DNA of 64,000 bases from Octopus sinensis (GCF_006345805.1 NC_043020.1:30132001-30196000), one strand, 5' to 3'; counted from the stretch's first letter, positions 12,201 to 26,578 are shown. Numbers and translations: made by a program. The notes: generated by a model from the sequence alone, not told the origin.

Positions 12201-12900
12201 GCCATTTGGTCTCAACTCTCCCCCCTCCTCATCTAACCCCCCTCCTCACCTATCCTTTCTCCCCCCCCCCCACTTCTTCAGTCCTTCATCCTTTCGCCCC
12301 CCTACTCCCCTTCCCTTCTTCCCTCTTTCTCCCTCCCTCTTCCCTTCCCTCTGCTCCCTCACTCCCTCTCTCCCCTTCTCCCTCTTTCCTCCTTCATCCC
12401 CCCCTCCTCCCCTTCCTCCTCCCCATCCTCTCCTCTTCCCCCTTCTCCTCCCCCTCTTCTTCCCCTCCCCTTCCCCCCCTTTCTCCCCTCCCCCCCTATT
12501 CTCCTCACTACACCACATGACTTTACACATCACATCACATATGATGTGCCATACTAATACACACACCAACTAATACATACTAATACGTACTAATACATAC
12601 TAGTACATACTAATACTTACACACCAACCCTATACATACACACGTCCAGACCCCGCATACGCACTTATACTCTCCTCACACACACACACACCTATACATA
12701 CCAATACGTACTAATACATACTAATACATACTAATACATACACCAACCCCATACATACGCACGTCCAGACCAATCCTACGCACTAATACTCTCTCATACA
12801 CACACACACACACACCCTTATACATACTAATACATACACCAACCCTATACATACACACATCCAGACCCCTCCCACGCACTTTTAGCTGGTCCCTCAACCC
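12200..12900 (+). repeat. C/T-rich tract (12200-12510) plus catactaatacatac-type minisatellite; probable 3' UTR of PLE #2
   Basis: Almost purine-free tract followed by repeated atactaatac and acacaccaaccc..gtccagacc units. Confidence 0.65.
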
Positions 12901-13051
12901 ATTTATCAACCCTATTATCTCCCCTTATTTCGCTCTCGCGTCTCATGTTGATCTTTGACCTCTGGCCGAAATCAGATCGCATGTTGATTCGTTAGCTACT
13001 GCACGCATTTTTTTTCTCTCCTTCTTTCTGTGTTTTTTCTCTCTCTGTGTA

Positions 13052-13089
13052 TCTTTCTGTTGAAGAGCGTAGGCTCGAAACGTTAAAGA
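13052..13089 (+). ncRNA. Minimal hammerhead-like motif (A6U, extra A after A9) in a PLE pLTR
   Basis: tcttt-CTGTTGA-A-GAGC(gtag)GCTC-GAAA-CG-TT-aaaga; the palindromic AACGTT provides a dimer-type stem III. Confidence 0.55.
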
Positions 13090-14297
13090 CTTGTTTTATT
13101 TATATTTCCTGAGCGCCATACTAATACAATTGTTCGTTTGTTTTCCACCTGCCTTCGTCTTTTGTTTATTTTCATAAAGCTTCCCGTTATATATATTATA
13201 TAATATATATATATATATAATATATATTATATAATATATAGTACGTTTATTATTTGTTGCGCAAGATTTTTTTATGTGAAGTCGTGTGTTGAAACAGATA
13301 TTGTTATATTTCGGAATGGTCGTTTTGCCAGTTTAACCAATAAAAACACACGCACTATATATACAAATATTACAGACACCCCCACACACTAAATAAACAT
13401 AGACGCACATAGATATATAAGCATGCGTAAATGAAGACATACAATAGAAATACAAATGGCTGACGGTTAGTAAGGAGAGACATAAATAAGAAAGAAAACA
13501 AAGGACCACTGATGCGGTCATAGGAGTGTGACGAAAGAACTCTGGCCGAAATAAGATTAAGATTAATGTAAAAAATAAATAACACTGAAGCAAAGTAACA
13601 CCAAATATATATTGCGCGTGTGATTTTATTGGCTAAACTGGCAAAATGACTATTCCGAAATATAACAATATATATATATATATTCATACATATATATATA
13701 TATATATTTCCCTCAGTTGCAGTTTGTTTCTTTAATACCCCCCCCTTTTGTACACACACGCACATACATACATACACCCACTCCCACGCACTCACACACA
13801 CATATTTGCATATATATATACATTACACTTACACACACTTCAAATTTACTTGCCATACATACAACTACGCACACTGGACACACACACACTACCACTCAAC
13901 ACACACACTGGCACGTTACATACGCCCCCACCCATTTCCTCCTTCCTCCTTTTACCACTGACCACTCACTTGCTACTGCTATGTCAACTACCTTTCGCCC
14001 TACGTACACACACTTACATACAGACGCACGCACTAACATATACATATATTTTTTTCTTATCTCGCCTCACACACACATACACACACGCACACGTACACAC
14101 TCACACATACATACACATTATCTTTCCTATTCATCGAGTTGTTACCAACCTTCCTTTCTCCGCTCTTTTGTCTTTAAAAACTAGCCCCCGTTATCCAAAA
14201 CTTCCGGCCTTTCAGCATGTTTACTTCGTAAAAACCAGTCGCGTTTTTTTTCCCTCCGTTCGCCCACCTCGGGATCTTTCTTTCTTCCTTCTCTTAT

Positions 14298-14332
14298 GTT
14301 TCCGACGAAGAGCTCCGCTCGAAACGTCATAC
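14298..14332 (+). ncRNA. Minimal hammerhead-like motif (U4C, extra A) in a second pLTR-like module
   Basis: gttt-CCGACGA-A-GAGC(tcc)GCTC-GAAA-CG-TC-atac, followed like the 13052 copy by tttcctgagcgcc..taatac..aattgttc. Confidence 0.5.
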
Positions 14333-14470
14333 CCTCCTTCTTCCCTCTTTCCTGAGCGCCTAATAATAATACTTTAATTGTTCCACGTGTTGTTGTTTTT
14401 TCTGTTTTCCCGTTTGGATTATATACACACACACAACACACACACACACACACACAACACACACACACAC

Positions 14471-14584
<114 letters not shown>

Positions 14585-14927
14585 GAATGTTTAATTTACA
14601 AGGAAAGATCCAGAGGAACAGTTACCAGGGTAGCCAAATGTCATATAAGCGCCTAAGAAATTAAAAATCACACTTGCGTGACTGATAATTCCGAGAAGTG
14701 AGACGTGTTTTGGAGAACATAAGAGTAATGGGAAATAGAGACAAACGCTCAAAATGTTATTTAAATCATTTATATCACCATATCACCGACATATGTTTCG
14801 ATAGATGCATTAAAATAAATCCGAGAGGAAGAAAAATGTGGGAAAATGCATCAATCTCATCAGGGAGGATATAAACAGCAGTGTTCATAAATAAGTCATT
14901 TTTACAGGTGTAAGAAACTACAATATA

Positions 14928-16010
<1,083 letters not shown>

Positions 16011-16174
16011 AAAAAAAACCGAAAGTATTTTTTGTTTTTTCAGAAAAATGTGGAGAAGTACAGTTACCTCCCTTAGACTGTTTATTTTTTTAAAGTTTCC
16101 AAAATAATTGGTGTTTTGGCTATTTCGATATGAGGTTGTTATCTGGATTATTGCCTACGGGAGAAACATTATGA

Positions 16175-16175
16175 G

Positions 16176-16234
<59 letters not shown>

Positions 16235-16237
16235 TTG

Positions 16238-16285
<48 letters not shown>

Positions 16286-16333
16286 GTAGTAGTAGTAATA
16301 GTAGTAGTAGTAGCAGCAGCAGCAGCAGCATAA
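16175..16333. repeat. Compound trinucleotide microsatellite (CTA)n(TTA)n(TAG)n(CAG)n
   Basis: Seen directly. Confidence 0.95.
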
Positions 16334-17224
16334 TTACTATCTACCAAATTATTAGAGGTTGAACCAGGATCATGAGGGTTTTATTACTTAATTAGCTTCT
16401 TTGCATCCTGACTTAATTAAGGACGAATTATAGCAAATCAGCGTTGTTACTGAAAAACGTTAAGATTGGCGGATAATTTAGAGATTCTGAGCGATGTGTT
16501 TTTCACCAAATGTTTTGTTATATTAGTTGGATGGTTGCTAAAACTGCTGATGTATTTTTGATTGGAAAATATAAAGCTGTATTTTTGCGTGTAAGGTCAA
16601 GGAAATTAACTTTTGTTCTATCATCAACGAAGGTAATACTTAGACCCCTATTAGAGACGCAACGCTTTCAGATATTGTGGCAGACACTTGTACAAGACGA
16701 GTATCGCTCTTTGAGTCTTCGTGAGTGGGAACTAGGGACAGGCCGAAGCGGGATGACCACTAATCACGCAAAACCGCAGCTTTTATATCACGTGTGTGCG
16801 TGCGTGAGTGTGCGCGTGTGTGTATGTGCATGCGTGTGTACGTGCGTACGTGCGTGTGTGTGCGTGAGTGTGTGAGTGTGTGTGTTTATGTTGTTTGTCC
16901 TGTGTTTGTTTATGTCCCATTAACTTAACGGTTGAACAAAAAAGCATCGATAGAATAAGTGCCAGACTTTAAAATTAACTCCTGTGGACGCTTTGTTCGA
17001 CGAAACCTTTCAAGGCGGTGCCCCAGCATGGTCGCAACCCAATATGTGAAGCAAGAAGAGAAAAAAGAAAAGAAAAAAAACTATGAGAAGCTGTAGTGGA
17101 GCTACACGACATCCACAACAGCAACAACAACCGATTGTCGGTTTAACCACAATTCTTACAGAGACGAACTTCTAAGTCAATCCTTACCACTGCCGGTTCT
17201 TGTCAATTTCACGAAGCCCTAAAC

Positions 17225-17724
17225 CAGGGGCGGGGAAACTTTTTAGAGCGACGGACAAAAATTTCCTAAGAAAAAGGTCCACGGACGGATCACAAGTTCT
17301 AGCTCTTATATTTGTGTAAATCTTGTATATATCTGTGTATAATTTGATATACATTAATAAAGATAAGTTTAACATATTAAATTAACGCGTAACGTCTTCA
17401 TTAACGTCGCCACTGAATTTAGGATGTTTATATTACTTATGAGGCATTCTATTTTCTTCAGCTAAAGTGTTGTTGAGTGTCAAGGGGGGTGGTACATACC
17501 TAGGAATATGAGATTTATCGTGAAAACAAAAAAATTCCATTCAAATGGCAATGGCTAGACGATTTCTGATCTTTTAAGCCGTTTATGGAAACGCGACCCA
17601 TGACGCAAATAGCTATACGAATATTGTATAAATTTTGATTGAAAAATTAACTATATTTTGTACAGATGAGTATATAAGCCTGCAGGCACCAGAAGACGGT
17701 CTCGCGGGGGTTTCCCCACCTCTA
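17225..17724. mobile_element. hAT-type MITE
   Basis: Imperfect TIRs caggggcggggaaac / gtttccccacctcta; flanks ccctaaac/ctctaagg only loosely similar. Confidence 0.55.
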
Positions 17725-18062
17725 CTCTAAGGCAAAGCGTTTTGCCTTCTACATTCAAATATACATCACAATTTTCGAACATTATATACAAATTTGATGG
17801 CAAGAAAATCCTTTTATTTTTCCTTTCATTTCAGTGACTGGATAATGATGCATGAAACTAAATTCTAACACTTCCATACAAAAACCTTTTCGATAACAAC
17901 CAGATTTGTCAACGTGTAAGGCGCATTTAAAACAACTTCCTTTCGTTTTCAGAAGTTTAAGGAAGAGTTGTCTCCCTTGACAGAATTTTTTTTTCGAAGA
18001 GAAATAATTCCCATCATTCGAGATAATTATTATCTCCCTTGAATCTTTGATCAATTACTTGA

Positions 18063-19020
18063 TATTAAGTTCGCAACAAAGTTCCTGTCGTTTTTTAAAA
18101 TTTAAATTTTTTTAAAGGTTTAATAAAAATAACAACTAATTAATCAATAATGTATTCACCCTTGTTGTTTACAACTTCTTCCCAACGTTCGACAAGATTT
18201 TCAATACCTTGTTGGTAGAAATCACCAGATTTCGACTCGAAAAATTGATCCAACAAAGTTTTCAGTTCTGCATAAGTATTGAACGAAGTTCCGCGCATAG
18301 CATTTGAAAGGGATCGAAAGAGGTGGAAATCCGTTGGTGCCAAATCAGGAGAGGACGGCGGGTGCGTCAGCACTTCCCAGCCATGCGTTTGAATGGCTTC
18401 CTTGGTTATATTGGCGATGTGAGGGCGGGAGTTATCGTGCAGCAGAAAATCTCCATACTGCCGATTAGGTCTTTTCTCTTAAATAGCCGTGTTGAGTCAT
18501 TCCATCTGTTGAACATAGAGTTCCGCGTTGACCGTTTGGTTCCGTTCAAGCAATTCGTAATGGATAATCCCTTCCCAGTCGCACCATACGCACAACATCG
18601 TTTTACGCGGATGAAGATCTTGCTTCACGCACGGTGTTGCTTGTTGACCAGGGCTAAGCCATCCTTACGCGGCTTCATATTGATGTACAGACACCATTTT
18701 TCGTCGCCAGTAACGATTCGGTAAGGAAATCGTTGCTTGTGTCCATGAGTTGAGCGGTGACGAACAAGCAAACCAGCCAAGATTGTGGTTCGTTGATTTT
18801 GTTGTTGTTACTTAAAGCATGCGGAACCCATGCTCCATACTTCTGAACCTTTCCATCGAGTGAAGATGCTTCTCTATAGCAGTATGGGAACATTCCATTT
18901 TCTCTGCCAGTTTCCTTGTCGTTTGACGAGAATTTTCCTGCAAAAGTTGGTTTAATCGCTCTTCATCGAACTCAACTGAATGTCCAGGACGAGGTGTGTC
19001 TTTGAGGTCAAAATTCTTGG
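18063..19020 (-). mobile_element. Mariner transposon (DD34D), 5'-truncated, frameshifted pseudogene
   Basis: Motifs WVPHAL, IVTGDEKW, LLHDNSRPH, HPPSSPDLAPTDFHLFRSL, ERWEEVVNNKGEYIID*; TIR-like tattaagttcgcaacaaagttcctgtcg at 18063. Confidence 0.92.
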
Positions 19021-19650
19021 GGGACTGGATTGATGCCCTGCCTGTGGCCAACATTGGAGGTCTACTCAGTCTAGGTGAATTCCGCATCTCCATTGCACTC
19101 AGAGTAGGAGCTGACGTCTGTAGGGGACTGAGATGTCGCAGCGGTAAGCCCCTCGACCCTACAAGTCTTCACGGTCTGTCTTGTCGCCTAAATGCTGATC
19201 GCTTCGCTCGTCACACCGAGCTAAACCTAATCATTAAGCGGTCCCTGATTAGGATTAATATCTCCTCAGTTCTTGAGCCCCCAGGGCTACCAAAAATGAT
19301 GGAAAGGGACCAGATGGCCTTACCCTCTGTCCCTGCATTAAAGGTAGCTGCCTCATTTGGGATCCCACTGTCTGTGACTCTTTTGCTCCCTTCCACACCC
19401 TGGATGCTGCAGTTAATGGGAAGGTCACTGCTTCCGTAGCCGAACGGAAGAAAACCCTGAGGTATCAGAACCTGACAGTGAACTGTCTCTTCCAGCCTGT
19501 GGCGTTCGAGACGTTCGGAGGGATTGGGCCACAAACCGCGAAGTTCTTGTCAACGTTGGCAGCTCGCCTCACCGAGGTGTCAGATGATGCCCGCCATCGC
19601 CCGCGGTAATGCTGCGAACGTGCTGGCTTGCTTCAGTAGGTTCCGTTAAA
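19021..19650 (+). mobile_element. CRE-clade non-LTR retrotransposon 3' fragment (zinc knuckle plus restriction-like endonuclease)
   Basis: FRISIALRVG..CRSGKPLDPTSLHGLSC..RHTELNLIIKR..LEP..PDGLTL..WD..VAFETFGG..RGNAANVL. Confidence 0.85.
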
Positions 19651-21290
19651 CTCTGTGATGTACGACTAGTTGCAGTGATAAAAAGAAAACTCCCTTTAAA
19701 TGGTTTCAATACAATCTTAACAGAAAAGTTCTCCGGTAATTTTCTTTCATGTTAATTAAAAAATTTGCCAGCAAAATCTTATAAAATGAGAATGATAGAA
19801 AAGATGTACATGTTTATATGTTATGAAAAAGAAATTTATTATTGTTTATCAAAATCTCAACAGACTCCACTATTTTTTCCGTACATGACTATTGCAGAAG
19901 GTTACGAGGGGCCCATCAAACTAATTATGACCGTAGGGCCAGTTCGTGAAGACAAGGCAAACAAACTGTTCGTAAAAAGCTATTTGTTGGAGCTGTACCA
20001 AAGTTACTGTCCCATCCTGGTGTCCGAAGTCTTTTAATCATTAAAAATTAGCCAAAATATTAACAAAAAGGGCGGAGGCAATGGCTGTGTGATTAAGAAG
20101 CTTGCTTTTCAACTCACGGGATTTCAGGTTCAGTCCCATTGTGTGGCACCATGGGCAAGTGTCTTCTACTACAGCTCTGGGTTGACCGATGCCTTCTGAA
20201 TGAATTTGGTAAACGAAAACAGTGCGGAAGCCCGTCGTCATTATTCTTTGAATGTCGGTTTTCCATGCTGGCATGGGTTGGACTGTTTGATATGGAGCTG
20301 ATCAGAATCTAATCATGTGTGTGTGTGTGTTGATTAGCTTACGTCCCCGTCACTTAGCAGTTCGGCAAAACAGATTGATAAAATATATATCAAAGTTGAA
20401 GAATGTACAGGATTCGATATATTCGACTGATACCTTCAAGGCGATGCCCCATCATGGCCGCAGTCCAGTGACTGAAATAAGTAAAAAGAAAAGATAAAAA
20501 ATAAAACGAGTCAACAAATGAGCTTCGGGTGGGGGTGGGGGTGGTGTCTCAACCTGCTAGAAATAGCAGCCAAATTATAATACACTCATTGAAGTTACAC
20601 CACACTCTCTTGAAAAATACAAAATAAAGAAGAACACGTCAGATAATATAGTTTATAGCCAATCAAAATCACTGAAGATAATATAGTGTAAAGCTTATCA
20701 AAAGCATTGAACTGTCACGACTGGAAAATCTTTGCACAAAAATCGATCTTGGCCTAAGCGATAACAAAAACGAAGGGAAGATAAATCGTGTTGTTACTTT
20801 GTATAACATGGTGACCTCCCTTGCACTGCGAAAGCATATGAGAAACTATTTTCCTTGGAATTGCGGCGAGTTTCTTGAAAGAACGGGAAACTGATGGGAG
20901 TTTATTTATTTGCTTGTTTGTTTATTTCTCCATTTACTTTTGTATTTATTTTATATTACTATTGATGGATTATTGGTTTATTAGTTACGTTTCTGCACTG
21001 AGAGTGACAAGAGAATGACTGACGCAAAATATGAAATTTTATTACTGAAATCCCCTTTTTTTTCTTTCAGATTTCTCTTTAACGACAATACAAAAGACAT
21101 CACCACACACATACATATATTATGTCATGTGTGTGTGTGTGTGTGAGTGTGTGTGTGTGTTTTCTATGACTGGGCATATAATTAACTTCCTATAAATATA
21201 TTAATGCTCTTACAATGTGTCTGTGTATATATATGTGTGTGTGTGTGTCTGTGTATATGAGGTCTCTCATATATATATATATATATATAT

Positions 21291-21592
21291 GCACCTAGAA
21301 AGTTACCCTCCCAGGCACAAGTCCGAGCAAGGTTGTTTATGGAAGACCAGAAGTCACCCATGCATACTGGCCTCCCCTCTCCACGCCACCAATGTTATCC
21401 AAGGGAAAGACAAAGGCTATGATACAGCTTGGCACCTGTGACGTCGCAACTTATTTCTACAGCTGAGTGAACTGGAGCAACATGAAATAAAGTGCCTTGC
21501 TCAAGAACACAACACGCAGCCCGGTCCGAGATTCGATCTCACAACCTTACGATCGTAAGCTCGACGCTCTAACCACTGAGCCATGCGCCTTC
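21291..21592 (-). mobile_element. tRNA-derived SINE
   Basis: Minus strand starts gaaggcgcatggctcagtggttagagcg (A box) ..gatcgaatctcggacc (B box-like). Confidence 0.85.
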
Positions 21593-21655
21593 AATATCAT
21601 ATAATATATATATATATATATGATATATATATATATGCATATATATATATATATG

Positions 21656-21694
<39 letters not shown>

Positions 21695-21740
21695 ATATAT
21701 TATATATATATATATATATATAATATATATATATAATATA

Positions 21741-22051
21741 TACCACCGTGATCGCCGTGACAGACCAGGCTATCAGATGTTGCCACACATCGCTGGTCAC
21801 AATGCGCTTCGCATTGTATTAGCCTTCAAATGACACCATCCCACTGGCTAAGCGAGCATCCCAACAGAAGAAAGAGGGAGAGAAATTTGTGGCGAAAGAG
21901 TACAGCAGGGATCACCATCACCCCCTGCTGGAGCTTCGTGGAGCTTTAGGTGTTTTCGCTCAATAAACACTCACAACGCCCAGTCTGGGAATCGAAACCG
22001 TGATCCTACGACCGCGAGTCCGCTGCCCTAACCACTGGTCCATTGGCCTCC
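21741..22051 (-). mobile_element. tRNA-derived SINE (second family)
   Basis: Minus strand ggaggccaatggaccagtggttagggcagcg..gtttcgattcccag. Confidence 0.85.
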
Positions 22052-22061
22052 ACACACACCG

Positions 22062-22130
<69 letters not shown>

Positions 22131-22686
22131 ACACACACACATATATATATATATACACAGACACATTGTAAGAGCATTAATATATTTATAGGAAGTTAAT
22201 TATATGCCCAGTCATAAAAAACACACACACACTCACACATAAACCTACGTAAGTGGAATTGAAAAGTTATTTTCACTTCCACCATGGCCGCATCAGCGTT
22301 CGCCTGCGGAAGGGTGGGACTCACGTGGTTACGCAACTGACGACGCTTGACCTACATCGCTCCAGTTTTCCTTCTTGTATTACAAAAGTAAGCAAGGCCG
22401 CTGCTCCTCTCGCAATCTGCACCAGGGAAGAACAGAGGATGAGGGATTCGATTTCTTTGGTCTGAAGGTGCGTCCGAGGCTGACATTTACAGCAGGCTTT
22501 CAATACAATACGCGAGAAGCGTTCTGTTGCATTGTGGTGTGCATCAGTGGCCCGAGAAGTTTTTTACGACGGTAAACTGCACGTTAACCAAATATTTATG
22601 ATAGACAAATGACAAATCCCAAAACAATATCCTCTTTTTCCTCCACTGTGAACACGGCAAACTTTGGTAATAATTTTCTAACAGTA

Positions 22687-23260
22687 AGGCGGCGAGCTGG
22701 CAGAAACATTAGCACGCCGGGCGAAATGCTTAGCCGTATTTCGTCTGCCGCTACGTTCTGAGTTCAAATTCTGCCGAGGTCGATTTTGCCTTTCATCCTT
22801 TCGGGATCGATTAAATAAGTACCAGTTACGCGCTGGGGTCGATATAATCAACTTAATCCGTTTGTCTGTCCTTGTTTGTCCCCTCTGTGTTTAGCTCCTT
22901 GTGGGTAGTAAAGAAATAGGTATTTCGTCTGCCTTTACGTTCTGAGTTCAAATTCCGCCGAGGTCGACATTGCCTTTCATTCTTTCGGGATCGATTAATA
23001 AGTACCAGTTACGCGCTGGGGTCGATATAATCAACTTAATCCGTTTGTCTGTCCTTGTTTGTTCTCTCTGTGTTTAGCCTCTTGGGGGTAGTAAAAACAT
23101 AGTTATTTCCTCTGTCTTAACGCTCTGAGTTCAAATTCCGCTGAGGTCGACTTTGCCTTTCATCCTTTCGGGGTCGATAAATAAAGTACCAGTTGCGTAC
23201 TGGGGGTCGATTCAATCGACTGGACCCCCCCCCAAATTTCGAGCCTTGTACCTAGAGTAG
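22687..23260 (+). mobile_element. SINE concatemer: one full copy plus two 5'-truncated head-to-tail copies
   Basis: Units restart at (g)gtatttcgtctgcc after the ..gtaaagaaatag tail (~22915, ~23098). Confidence 0.85.
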
Positions 23261-24309
23261 AAATAAATATTATTTTAACAATACCCATAGAATTCCACAG
23301 TAAATAGGCAATTTTTAAAAGATTGTACGTTTATATGAAACTATAAAAATCTGTGTTCCTTTGTAGATCGTATATTCTGCATTATTTTCATTAAAAAATA
23401 CTTTTCAGTTCTTCTGGATGAATCTGTAATTGAAGAAGTATAAGTTTCTCATTCTCTCAGCAGTTTAGAGGTTCATTTATAATTTAAGAGCTTCACAAAT
23501 GATCACCGAAAATATTCATGTCACCAATGTTGTGCCTTTCAACCATATGTTTACAGTTTTTGCGATCTTATCTCTCCCTTTCATTCTATGTTCTATCTTG
23601 AGCTCGTTATCTGTTGGAAATACTCTCTCTAAACTCCTCGATTCATGGCTTTCCCTCCTACACGCTGATCCTCCCGTGATTGTTCTAATTGTTCGCCCTC
23701 TGCTTCACTTTACATCATTGCCTTCTTCACTGTCTCATACTTTCTCTTGTTAGCTTACATCGTCTGTCATCGTCTATTTTATAAGCAAATATCAATTTCC
23801 AAGCGAGCAGACAATAAATAATTGCTCTTATGCGCATGCGTTAAGTGATAGGCAATATGAAAAAAAATAAAACAAAATTTAGTTCAATTGAAAATGAAAC
23901 TATATTTTTCACTCCCACTCACCGCCGCCACCTCCACCATCATCATCATCATCACCATCAGTAACAAAGCTCAGTTTAAGTTGTTCGCCAACCATTATTA
24001 TTTCATTTCGTTTCATTTCAGTTCAGTTCAGTTGTTTGTTTTTATCCACTTTTCTTGCTGGGGAACCTTGTACGTGGGTACAAAGTGAGCTTCTCAACAA
24101 CTTAACCGATTTTTAATTCAGAGTGTAATCTAATTCAATTTCGAAGAAATGAAAGCGAAGGAAAATGAGAAACGAAACAAACGCAAACGTGGTGTTTCTG
24201 CGAAGGTAAAGGAAGTATTCTTAAAAATCGGGCCAAAAACTCAAACCCGTGAAACCGTGCAGAACGAACATCAAAGGGTTAGCTGTAGTTCCTTTGTTTA
24301 TGCAGAGGA

Positions 24310-24365
24310 AGGGAGAGGGAGTGACGTCACGAAGTGACCGGAAGGGGAACGAAATGACGTCACAT
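24310..24365. promoter_or_regulatory. Candidate promoter: two CRE palindromes and an ETS site in a CpG-rich patch
   Basis: TGACGTCA at 24322 and 24355; CCGGAAG at 24338; donor-like cgag|gtaaga at 24562/24563. Confidence 0.45.
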
Positions 24366-24614
24366 CACGTAGCGATAGGTTGAAGACGGCCCCTTTCTTA
24401 CAGGGTTTGCGGCAAGGTCAAGTCGTGTGCTGGGAGCTCTCGTAGAGTAGTGGTCCTTTCTAGGCAATTGTTGTGAGAGCTTGCACGTAGTTACAACTGT
24501 GACTTCGAGCTGATTTCCCGTGATCCAACGCTTGCACGGGTTGCCGCTGATTGCAACTCGAGGTAAGAGTGACTTGATCTCGTGCCTCACAACGGCTTCG
24601 CAGTATTTCATCCT

Positions 24615-24930
24615 TTCGATTCCGCCGAGGTCGACTTTGCCTTTCTTCCTTTCGGGGTCGATAAATTAAGTACCAGTTACGAACTGGGACCGATGTAATC
24701 GACTTAATCCCTTTGTCTGTCCTTGTTTGTCCCCTCTGTGTTTAGCCCCTTGTGGGTAATAAAGAAATAGGTATTTCGTCCGTCTTTACATTCTGAGTTC
24801 AAATTCGACTGAGGACGACTTTATTTTTCATCCTTTCGGGATCGATCAAATTAAGTACCAGTCAAGCACTGAGGTCGATGAAATTGACCAGTTCCCAACC
24901 CCAAAATTTCAGTCCCATGGTAGAAAGGAT
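24615..24930 (+). mobile_element. SINE dimer fragment
   Basis: Same family and same aaagaaatag|gtatttcgtc junction (~24770). Confidence 0.8.
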
Positions 24931-25569
24931 TATTATAATTACTTTTAAGGGGAACAGTGGGAGTTTTCACATTACTTATAACATTTTTACTGACCCCCAC
25001 TGAACAGATGACTTATTGAAGATCTTTGCTTCCTATCGTGAATTGGCCATCGACGACCTCTCTCCATTGTCTGCGACTCTTGGCTGTCTTTATTGCTTCG
25101 TTCCAGTTGGTTCCTGTCCTCAGCTGTTTTTAGGGCGTCCTCTCGTGTTTTCATTCTGGGTTCCGGGTCAGGAAGTATAATGCAAGATTTTGGCTTCGTC
25201 CTTTGGGATTTTGTTGCTTCGCGTCAAATGTTTCTCTGAGAGAACGTCTTTCTTTCCTCGGTCTTGTCGAGTTTTGTTATTGATGAGATTTTCTAGGTAG
25301 GGTGTGTTAACCCTACGCAAACCCGTTTTTAGTTCTAGGAACAGTGGCCCGTTTTAGTTTGACCTCTATCCTTTGACCTGTCCAACCTGGGAGGCCTTGG
25401 CATAGCTCTGAGAATTGTTGCGGCATACAAGCCATCACACCACGACAAGGGCAGGATCTCATGATGAGAACAGTTTAACGGTAGCTATAAAAACTTAATT
25501 AAAAATATATCTGTATCACTTTCTGTCTTAATTAGTGTGAAACAGTATTGTGCTTTAATACCGATTCTT

Positions 25570-25910
25570 CATTAATCTGATTTCTATCATGTTGCAAGAA
25601 GCCTTTAGAAATACACCCCTTCATAACATGATGGTGAGTTCTGTTTACCCAGACCCGGTCGGTAGGATGGTGATCTTGGACATAAGCAGCAAAGAAGGTA
25701 ACGCTGGAGTCTTCATACTAACGACAGACTATGCTCCAACAGAAGCTGGACGGGTTTCTTTAGACGTCTAGAGACTTCCCTAGGAACAGATCGCTCATAA
25801 GTGTTAGTGGACGACTGGAATGGAATCTTAGACAAGAGCAAAGATTATGCGTGAGTAGCGGAGAGGAAGGAGGGGTGTAAACACCCTCGCTAACCTTCCA
25901 ACTTCCAACT
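25570..25910 (+). mobile_element. Tx1/L1-like LINE apurinic endonuclease fragment
   Basis: DPVGRMVILDI..YAP..VLVDDWNGILD resembles APE domain motifs. Confidence 0.55.
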
Positions 25911-25924
25911 ATATGACAGGCTTC

Positions 25925-25925
25925 A

Positions 25926-25980
<55 letters not shown>

Positions 25981-26515
25981 GAGTGAGCGAGCAGAGCATG
26001 CCATCAAAGTGACACTGGGGTAAAATATACGAAGCCCAATATACCCACCATGACTACCCGCCTGATAAGGGTACACCAGGCACATGCGTCACAACCATAT
26101 GTGCGCGGCATGGTGATCTCATATGAAGATAAATAGCACATGACCTTGCAGGTGGGGCCCAGTTAGAATTTTCTTCTGGTCGAGTAACCCATCCCGCTCA
26201 AAAGGTCCTGAATAAGGGTTGTTTAAGGATGTTGAACAAAACACCCATGTTTCCAAAGGTGAATTATTCAAACCCCAAAGAATCCCCCTCAACACATTGC
26301 TATGATGCTCCCCCTCTACTTCTGCTCGTGATCAGAGATGCACATATCGTCAGCCACTAAGGGACATGCTCAACTGGTTAAGGTCAAACAACTGACAAGC
26401 CAATCTGTGGTATTGAGCAGAATATTTGCTGTAGCCCATCTTATACCAAGACAAAACAATGTACATGATGACACTTCCAATCAGTTAAGATCAGAAGCCG
26501 TGAGAGCCAATATAT
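25925..26515 (-). mobile_element. Retroposon 3' end with an (AAT)n tail (unclassified)
   Basis: Non-coding body ending on the minus strand in a long (AAT)n tail at 25925-25980. Confidence 0.5.
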
Positions 26516-26541
26516 CATCATCATCATCATCATCATCATCG

Positions 26542-26578
<37 letters not shown>

